From the NCBI GenBank assembly GCA_964619725.1, contig CAZUFC010000022.1:15879-79878 (forward strand): a DNA stretch of 64,000 nt, in the 5' to 3' direction. Both the position numbers and the translations under genes were made by a program. Below, one piece after another: positions 52,096 through 60,800 of this stretch. The number at the start of each line of letters is the position of its first letter. The stretch's first letter is position 1. Source of the DNA: an uncultured bacterium (GTDB lineage Bacteria; CSSED10-310; CAZUFC01). A model generated the notes under the pieces. That model made no database searches and had not been told where the DNA came from. It saw only the letters and a list, made by a program, of their open reading frames with translations.

Positions 52096-52764
52096 ATGAA
52101 AAACCTTTTAACAATACTGGGATTGAAAAAACGGTCGGGACAGAGCGTTGCGGAGTGCGTCATAGTGTTGCCGGTCCTTATATTGATTTTCTGGATCGTC
52201 GTCTATTTCGGAAGGGCCGTAGTTTTAAAACAGCGCACGGCCATGGCCGCCCGATATCATACGCATAAGATAGCCAGAGATTTTCCAAAACCGGATGCCG
52301 GAAAAATTCATTCATTATTTTTCTACGATGTGGGCGAATCCGCCAACATTGGAACGAATGACGACACCGACCCCGTTCTTACCTTAATGGGTATGGTTCC
52401 CATGGTGACGACCTTCCTGACCAACGGACAATACCTTCCGCCGTTGACTATGAATCTGTTGAATCCCAACGTCAGGGAATATGCCACAGTGGGTGAAGTT
52501 TCCTATGAAGTGGAACCTGTCGATGCGCTCTCTTTTGTGGGCAATAGAATCGTTAAGGCCGGATTGGTCATAGATGCCAACCCCTGGGTGTTCCCTTCAT
52601 TTAATTTTCCTTATCTTAGCACGGAAGGAATGATAGCTTCCTATGGACTCCAATTCGGTTGGTCCCCCTGGTGGCTGCCGCCTCCGTTTCTGTTCGGCTT
52701 CCCGCAATGGTGGATGCCCTGGCCCTGGTTTTATTACCCGCCCTGGCCGGGCTCCGATTCATAA
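52096..52764 (+). CDS. TadE-like pseudopilin with a Trp/Pro-rich C-terminus
   Basis: G|QSVAECVIVLP...AARY motif. Confidence 0.8.
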   Translation: MKNLLTILGLKKRSGQSVAECVIVLPVLILIFWIVVYFGRAVVLKQRTAMAARYHTHKIARDFPKPDAGKIHSLFFYDVGESANIGTNDDTDPVLTLMGMVPMVTTFLTNGQYLPPLTMNLLNPNVREYATVGEVSYEVEPVDALSFVGNRIVKAGLVIDANPWVFPSFNFPYLSTEGMIASYGLQFGWSPWWLPPPFLFGFPQWWMPWPWFYYPPWPGSDS

Positions 52765-52861
52765 ATGGGATCATGTATCGTGAAAACTGTTTTTTTCAGA
52801 ATTACGAACCGACAGGAAAAATAAATATATCTTCCATCAAAGGAATGGAGGAAGCAATTCA

Positions 52862-53854
52862 ATGAAAACAGTAAAAATAATCGGACGGATTTTCGCCGGA
52901 CTGCTCTTCGGAATACTAATATTCGCTATTGGCGCTGCCGTTTTCTGGGGTCCTGGCAAAACCCGCGCTCGCGTTTACGATCTGCTCCCTTTTTTCAATG
53001 CGTTCGATTCCAAATTAACCGGCGCTGCGAATTATGAATATGAAGAGTTCAGCTCGGAAATGTATCTGAACGGACAAAATGTCCATTTGATTTATTCTCA
53101 GACGCCGCATTCGCCTCAAAGAACTATAGATCATTATGCCGCGACTATACCCGCCGACAGGGGTTGCATATTGAAAAGGACGAGTGAAACAGACGGCATG
53201 CTTGTTTTCCAGGAAACGGATAAGGTCCATGTCATAAAGGCCGACTGGGATGAAATAGCCCAAAAAACCAACATAACCAAGGCGTGGACCAGGTTGAACA
53301 TCAGCGCCGACTACGATGACGAGCGGTTGGTTGAACAGGCCGCCCGTGTTCTTCAGGACATAGGTTTCTCGGAAAATGAAAAACGCTTTTTCCGTTCCAT
53401 ATGCGATAATGCATTGACCCTGATGGACGGAACAGGAATGGAATTCCTTTCCAATCCGAAATATGCTCCTCTATGGCCCTACCTGGAAGCTCTCAGCCGG
53501 CAAGCCGACGGAAAAGATAAGCCCGGCAAAGATGTTGAGGTTTTGCCGCCCAGACCTCCGGGATCGGTCAGGACGCTCTCCATGGAGCAGCATACCCCTG
53601 CAGGGGGACTACTGGCGGCAGCCGGATACAAATCGTCGGCAAACTTGACCTCAGTGGATAATTACTACGTTCACGCCATGCAGGCAGAAGGATGGAGGGC
53701 TTTCGGCGGACCGGACATGCTGTCCAAGGACCCTTATTCGAGAAGATCGTATCACTTTGTGAAAGAAAGCGGCGAAAACTGCATTCTGATGATCAGGGAA
53801 AACCAAAGCGACGATACCGTAAGGAGTCTGGCCGTATATTTCAAGCATAATTGA
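52862..53854 (+). CDS. Hypothetical membrane-anchored protein (Tad-locus associated)
   Basis: 330 aa, N-terminal TM, GGAGG RBS. Confidence 0.8.
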   Translation: MKTVKIIGRIFAGLLFGILIFAIGAAVFWGPGKTRARVYDLLPFFNAFDSKLTGAANYEYEEFSSEMYLNGQNVHLIYSQTPHSPQRTIDHYAATIPADRGCILKRTSETDGMLVFQETDKVHVIKADWDEIAQKTNITKAWTRLNISADYDDERLVEQAARVLQDIGFSENEKRFFRSICDNALTLMDGTGMEFLSNPKYAPLWPYLEALSRQADGKDKPGKDVEVLPPRPPGSVRTLSMEQHTPAGGLLAAAGYKSSANLTSVDNYYVHAMQAEGWRAFGGPDMLSKDPYSRRSYHFVKESGENCILMIRENQSDDTVRSLAVYFKHN

Positions 53855-53987
53855 AGGCTCTGATCAAAATACCCGTCCATGGAAAGCTTAACCTGCTCTA
53901 TGCCTTCTTTGGATGAAAATCAACATGAAATGGAGGAACAGGAGACCAAATCATCGGAAGAATGTTCTTAAACCCGCGTCAACCCTA

Positions 53988-54668
53988 TCAGCCGGATTTC
54001 GATTTCTGAGGTTCTTCATGTTTTCTCTTCATCATTTTAATGAACTCATCGCTTCCGTAGTATTTTTTTCTGAGTCCTTTACGGGTTTCTTCCATTTCAT
54101 CAGGCGACATAGGGAGGCCGATAATTTCGCGGATAAAAACCTGACGGCGTTCTTCCGGGGTGTCGCCCAGAGAGATGAAAAATCCGTCTTCCGTAACTTT
54201 AACGAACGCCTGTCTTCCAAAGGCATAGAAACAAATGGTGGAGTTTTCGTAATCCAGGGGATTCTCGACTATACCGGCTTTTTTAGGATTCCCGTAAACG
54301 TATCGGATGACTTTTCGCATATATTCGACCGTATCGATTATGGTCGAATAAAAACGCTCGCCCCATAGATGACCCGTTCGATTCTGCGCCTTGTTGAACA
54401 ATTCAGCTATCCGGGCGTTCACGTACTGCATGAAAACACTGATGTTCTTTAACGGTGTATTAATTATCATGTGATAATGGGTCGCCATAAGCACAAGGTG
54501 AAGTATCTGAACTTCGTAAATCTTGCTCGCCTTCATCAGAACTTCCGCTACCGACTCGATCAGAGCTCTCTGCACCTTCTTCTGATCGAACCGGTATTCC
54601 TTGTTGTTGGTCCGCGTGGACACGTGGTAGGGATGTTCCGATTGCTTTATTCGTTTAGGTCGCGGCAT
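53988..54668 (-). mobile_element. REP-associated tyrosine transposase (RAYT, Y1 HUH nuclease), copy 1
   Basis: MPR..R....PYHV..R.NN, LM.THYHM (HUH), RTGHLW..RF.S and YVYGNPKKAG.V..P.DY..S motifs; GGAGG RBS. Confidence 0.88.
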
Positions 54669-54812
54669 TTTTCCTCCTTTCTTCTAATGAAATTTAATCA
54701 ATAACGAAATGAGAAGCATTCATAACGTAAAACATAGATCGATTTCCGGTACCGTACCGCTCGAAGAATGAGCAAAATAGATGCCGGCCCAATGATATGA
54801 AGCGCTCAGAAT

Positions 54813-55370
54813 GGGGTCAGAGCCCTCCGCAACACATTCAATCACGTATAAATCATTGTTTCATGAGCAGCGACATTGGGCTGCATTTTTTTTTATCGCG
54901 TATTTTTTTTTAGAAAGTTACAGAGTTTTTGCTTTTGGAATAAGGTATTTCTTGACTTAAAATTCAAAATTTTTGAATACCCAGAAGCCGAATCGTCGCA
55001 AAAGAAGGCTAGGCTCAAACAAAGGGGGGTCAAATTTTTTGAATATTTTTCAAAAAATTTGAATTACGTAAAATGAGTTTTGTTAATCTATACTCAGTAA
55101 AGGGATTCCGTCGTTTACTGAAAATGAACAAAACACGAGATAGTTTTTAGGTTCGTTGAACGATCCATCGTCAAGAGGATTGGATTCTCTGCGAATGGTA
55201 TTTTCGACTGGAGGTCTTGCTGGGTTTAAGTTCTCCGACAATTTACGGCACAGATCGAAGTTCATCATTCATAGATTCGTATAAGCGACAGAGAATGCCT
55301 GTCAATGGTTTGCGAAGCATCAGCTAAACAACAATCGAGAAATTGGTGATTTGCGAAGGGCTCTGACCCC
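54813..55370. repeat. Inverted pair of REP-like motifs enclosing ~520 bp of AT-rich DNA upstream of the RAYT (repeated at 57192-57749)
   Basis: GGGGTCAGAGCCCTCCGCAA (54813) and TTGCGAAGGGCTCTGACCCC (ends 55370) form a 20-bp inverted repeat with 1 mismatch. Confidence 0.9.
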
Positions 55371-55374
55371 TAGG

Positions 55375-56233
55375 CAATGCGTTCGATTCCAAATTAACCG
55401 GCGCCGCTAATTATGAATATGAAGAGTTCAGCTCGGAAATGTATCTGAACGGACAAAATGTCCATTTGATTTATTCTCAGACGCCGCATTCGCCTCAAAG
55501 AACTATAGATCATTATGCCGCGACTATACCCGCCGACAGGGGTTGCATATTGAAAAGGACGAGTGAAACAGACGGCATGCTTGTTTTCCAGGAAACGGAT
55601 AAGGTCCATGTCATAAAGGCCGACTGGGATGAAATAGCCCAAAAAACCAACATAACCAAGGCGTGGACCAGGTTGAACATCAGCGCCGACTACGATGACG
55701 AGCGGTTGGTTGAACAGGCCGCCCGTGTTCTTCAGGACATAGGTTTCTCGGAAAATGAAAAACGCTTTTTCCGTTCCATATGCGATAATGCATTGACCCT
55801 GATGGACGGAACAGGAATGGAATTCCTTTCCAATCCGAAATATGCTCCTCTATGGCCCTACCTGGAAGCTCTCAGCCGGCAAGCCGACGGAAAAGATAAG
55901 CCCGGCAAAGATGTTGAGGTTTTGCCGCCCAGACCTCCGGGATCGGTCAGGACGCTCTCCATGGAGCAGCATACCCCTGCAGGGGGACTACTGGCGGCAG
56001 CCGGATACAAATCGTCGGCAAACTTGACCTCAGTGGATAATTACTACGTTCACGCCATGCAGGCAGAAGGATGGAGGGCTTTCGGCGGACCGGACATGCT
56101 GTCCAAGGACCCTTATTCGAGAAGATCGTATCACTTTGTGAAAGAAAGCGGCGAAAACTGCATTCTGATGATCAGGGAAAACCAAAGCGACGATACCGTA
56201 AGGAGTCTGGCCGTATATTTCAAGCATAATTGA
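55375..56233 (+). pseudogene. 5'-truncated duplicate of the 52862-53854 gene (lacks the TM anchor; residual ORF from 55439)
   Basis: Identical translation from MYLNGQ to the stop; the first ~45 codons are missing. Confidence 0.85.
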
Positions 56234-56366
56234 AGGCTCTGATCAAAATACCCGTCCATGGAAAGCTTAACCTGCTCTATGCCTTCTTTGGATGAAAATC
56301 AACATGAAATGGAGGAACAGGAGACCAAATCATCGGAAGAATGTTCTTAAACCCGCGTCAACCCTA

Positions 56367-57047
56367 TCAGCCGGATTTCGATTTCTGAGGTTCTTCATGT
56401 TTTCTCTTCATCATTTTAATGAACTCATCGCTTCCGTAGTATTTTTTTCTGAGTCCTTTACGGGTTTCTTCCATTTCATCAGGCGACATAGGGAGGCCGA
56501 TAATTTCGCGGATAAAAACCTGACGGCGTTCTTCCGGGGTGTCGCCCAGAGAGATGAAAAATCCGTCTTCCGTAACTTTAACGAACGCCTGTCTTCCAAA
56601 GGCATAGAAACAAATGGTGGAGTTTTCGTAATCCAGGGGATTCTCGACTATACCGGCTTTTTTAGGATTCCCGTAAACGTATCGGATGACTTTTCGCATA
56701 TATTCGACCGTATCGATTATGGTCGAATAAAAACGCTCGCCCCATAGATGACCCGTTCGATTCTGCGCCTTGTTGAACAATTCAGCTATCCGGGCGTTCA
56801 CGTACTGCATGAAAACACTGATGTTCTTTAACGGTGTATTAATTATCATGTGATAATGGGTCGCCATAAGCACAAGGTGAAGTATCTGAACTTCGTAAAT
56901 CTTGCTCGCCTTCATCAGAACTTCCGCTACCGACTCGATCAGAGCTCTCTGCACCTTCTTCTGATCGAACCGGTATTCCTTGTTGTTGGTCCGCGTGGAC
57001 ACGTGGTAGGGATGTTCCGATTGCTTTATTCGTTTAGGTCGCGGCAT
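56367..57047 (-). mobile_element. RAYT transposase, copy 2 (identical protein)
   Basis: Same 226-aa translation as 53988-54668. Confidence 0.88.
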
Positions 57048-57735
57048 TTTTCCTCCTTTCTTCTAATGAAATTTAATCAATAACGAAATGAGAAGCATTC
57101 ATAACGTAAAACATAGATCGATTTCCGGTACCGTACCGCTCGAAGAATGAGCAAAATAGATGCCGGCCCAATGATATGAAGCGCTCAGAATGGGGTCAGA
57201 GCCCTCCGCAACACATTCAATCACGTATAAATCATTGTTTCATGAGCAGCGACATTGGGCTGCATTTTTTTTTATCGCGTATTTTTTTTTAGAAAGTTAC
57301 AGAGTTTTTGCTTTTGGAATAAGGTATTTCTTGACTTAAAATTCAAAATTTTTGAATACCCAGAAGCCGAATCGTCGCAAAAGAAGGCTAGGCTCAAACA
57401 AAGGGGGGTCAAATTTTTTGAATATTTTTCAAAAAATTTGAATTACGTAAAATGAGTTTTGTTAATCTATACTCAGTAAAGGGATTCCGTCGTTTACTGA
57501 AAATGAACAAAACACGAGATAGTTTTTAGGTTCGTTGAACGATCCATCGTCAAGAGGATTGGATTCTCTGCGAATGGTATTTTCGACTGGAGGTCTTGCT
57601 GGGTTTAAGTTCTCCGACAATTTACGGCACAGATCGAAGTTCATCATTCATAGATTCGTATAAGCGACAGAGAATGCCTGTCAATGGTTTGCGAAGCATC
57701 AGCTAAACAACAATCGAGAAATTGGTGATTTGCGA

Positions 57736-57797
57736 AGGGCTCTGACCCCTAGGCAGACCCCTAGGCAGACCAAGGGCTCTGACCCCTGGGCAGACCC
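57736..57797 (+). repeat. REP-like doublet with 12-bp stutters
   Basis: AGGGCTCT-GACCCCTAGGCA-GACCCCTAGGCA-GACC-AAGGGCTCT-GACCCCTGGGCA-GACCC. Confidence 0.92.
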
Positions 57798-57861
57798 TTT
57801 TGGAACCGAAATTTTGAATTTCTTGACGCGGATTTTCGGTATCTTTAATATCTGTTTTGCG

Positions 57862-60800
57862 ATGAAGCCTTTGATCAGAATTTTTGGAGCAAGACAGCAT
57901 AATTTAAAGGGATTTGACCTGGATTTGCCTTTGAACCGGCTGATAGCAGTAACGGGCGTTAGCGGATCAGGCAAGTCGAGTTTAGCGTTTGAGACGTTAT
58001 ATGCTGAGGGGCAGCGTCGTTATGTGGAGACGTTTTCGCCTTATATGCGACAGTTTCTGGACCGTATGGATCGTCCGCGAGTTGATGAGATTCAGGGCAT
58101 TCCGCCTGCTATTGCTATTGATCAGGTCAATCCGGTCAAGACTTCACGATCTACCGTCGGGACTATGACGGAGATAAACGATTTGCTGAAGCTGCTTTAT
58201 GCTCGTCTAGGCAGGTTATTTTGCCGCAATTGCGGCCGGGAAGTATTCCGCGAATCGCCGGAGATTGTTTATGAGCGTTTAAAGGAGCATTCAGACGGGC
58301 GAATAACGATTGCCGTATCCTATCCTGTTGAGGAGGCTTATGAAAAAACGGCCGAATATTTGATTCGGAACGGTTTTCGTCGAATTCTGATTGACGGAAA
58401 GCCGTTTCTGCTGGAGGAAGACCCGACAGTGATAGAAAACAGAACTGCCGCGGACGTCATTATCGACCGTTTTGAAATAAAGGCAAACAAAGATCGAGAA
58501 AGGATCGTAGAGTCTATCGAGCAGGCCTATTACCTTGGCCAGGGGCAAGCCAAGGTTCTGACGGAAGACGGAGGTGAATTGTCCTTCAGTAGAAAATTTC
58601 ATTGTGCTGAATGCAATATTGACTATCCTGAGCCTAATCCCAATCTTTTTTCATTCAACAGTCCGCTGGGCGCATGTCCGGAGTGCGAGGGATTCGGGAA
58701 GATAATCGGGATCAGTCCTGAATTGGTTGTACCGAATCCTGAACTGACGATAGAGGAAGGCGCTGTCAAGCCCTGGGATGTCCCGGTAGCCCGCTATGAA
58801 AGGCAGCAATTGATGCAGATGTGCCGAAAACACGGCATACCGACGGATAAGCCTTACAGGACGCTGACTGATGAACAGAAAAGGATCATATTCGAGGGCG
58901 ATGAGGAATTTTACGGGATATATGATTTTTTCCAATGGCTGGAAAAGAAGAAATACAAGATGCACGTCAGGGTCTTTCTGGCGCGTTATCGTTCCTATAG
59001 TCAGTGTCCGTCATGCCGGGGCAGACGTTTGAAACCGGAGGCTCTTCTTTTCAGGATCAACGGATACAACATTCACGACCTGGCTTTAGTGTCTATCGAT
59101 GACCTGCTGCATCTGTTCAAAGATGAAATAGCGGAAATAACGAAGGATGAAGCGTCACAGACTATCTATAAAGAAATTGCCGGGAGACTGCAATATCTTA
59201 CGGATGCAGGAGTAGGCTATCTTACGCTGGACCGTCAATCAAGAACGCTGTCCGGCGGAGAGGTGGAACGAGTCAATTTAACCACTGCATTGGGCTCTGC
59301 GCTCGTCAATACCCTGTTCGTTCTGGATGAACCCAGCATAGGACTTCATCCTCGCGACACGGACAGATTGATCGGCATTTTGAAGAATCTGAGGAACAGG
59401 GGCAATACTGTGCTGGTCGTAGAACATGATGCATCAGTGATCAAAGCGGCGGATCAGATTGTAGACATGGGACCGGAAAGCGGGGAACGCGGCGGTTCGG
59501 TCATTTTTCAAGGGAAGTTCGAGGAACTGCTGAAATGCCGGGAATCTCTCACAGGACGCTATCTTTCCGGCGACATACCGCTGCCTTTACCGGAAAAACG
59601 AAGAAAAACGAAGCCGGGAAACTTCATTGGGATAAAGGGAGCGTCTCAACATAACCTGAAGAATATCGACGTAGACATTCCATTGAATTGCCTGGTATGC
59701 ATCACCGGCGTATCCGGTTCAGGCAAAAGCACTCTGATGAACGATGTTTTGTATCCCGCCATCAGGAAGGCGAAGGGCGATCCGACGCTGCAAGCAGGGA
59801 AGCATGACGAAATAACGGGAGCGGATAGAATTGACAATGCCGTTCTGATTGATCAGTCGCCTATATCGAAATCATCGCGAACTACGCCTGTGACTGTATC
59901 CAAAGCTTTCGATCATATTCGAAAATTATACGCCGGCGTTCCAGAATCGATAAAACGAAATTACAAACCGGGTCATTTTTCTTTTAATTCCAGAAGAGCT
60001 CAATGTCCCACCTGCAAAGGCGAAGGGTACGAAATCCTTGAAATGCAATTTCTGGCTGACATACGTTTTCGATGCCCGGACTGCGAAGGAAAACGTTACA
60101 TTCCCGAAGTTCTGGAAGTAAAATACAAGGGTAAAAGCATAGCGGAAACGCTGGATATGAGCGTTGACGAGGCGTTGAAATTTTTCAGCGAAGAAAAGGA
60201 GATAGTCAATAAATTACGCCCTGTAGTTCGGCTTGGTCTGGGATATCTGACGCTCGGTCAGCCCCTAAACATGCTGTCTGGCGGGGAATCGCAAAGGTTG
60301 AAACTGATAAAATTTCTGGGCCGTTCACGGAAGAACAGAACGCTGTTTCTTCTTGACGAACCCACGACAGGACTGCATTTCAACGATATAGATCATCTTC
60401 TGAAGACTCTGGAGCATCTTATTCAAAAGGGGAATTCCGTCGTCGTCATAGAACATAACCTGCAGGTCATCCGTTGGGCCGATCATATCATTGATCTGGG
60501 TCCGGACGGGGGGGATGCAGGCGGGTACGTCACGGCGAGCGGCGCGCCGGAGCTAATAGCTGACCGTAAGAATTCTCATACAGGCAAATATTTGAAGGCG
60601 TTTATACGGGATTCCAGGAATCCTTTTCAGACCGAAGAACCCTTTTTGCCGTCTAGCTCCTTTCCGGTAAAATCAAGTTCAAACGGGAGCATAGTCGTAT
60701 CAGGAGCGTGCGAAAACAATTTGAAAAACGTCTCGATCGAATTTCCGGTCAATAAAATGACGACGGTCACTGGAATAAGCGGCTCAGGAAAATCGACCCT

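Larger units (their letters stand above)
52996..57755. repeat. 2,379-bp direct tandem duplication (52996-55374 / 55375-57753)
   Basis: ORF sets repeat at an offset of 2379. The junction at 55375 reads ...GACCCCTAGG|CA|ATGCG, with CA microhomology. Confidence 0.97.

Noticed and set aside
53988-57047. IS200/IS605 insertion sequence
   Set aside because: The protein length (226 aa) and the NPxKAG and HLWxxRF motifs fit a RAYT. There is no tnpB and I found no IS200-type subterminal hairpins.
57730-57861. N-terminal extension of UvrA (MRRALTPRQTPRQT...)
   Set aside because: It is a translation of REP stutter DNA; UvrA homology begins at ATG 57862.
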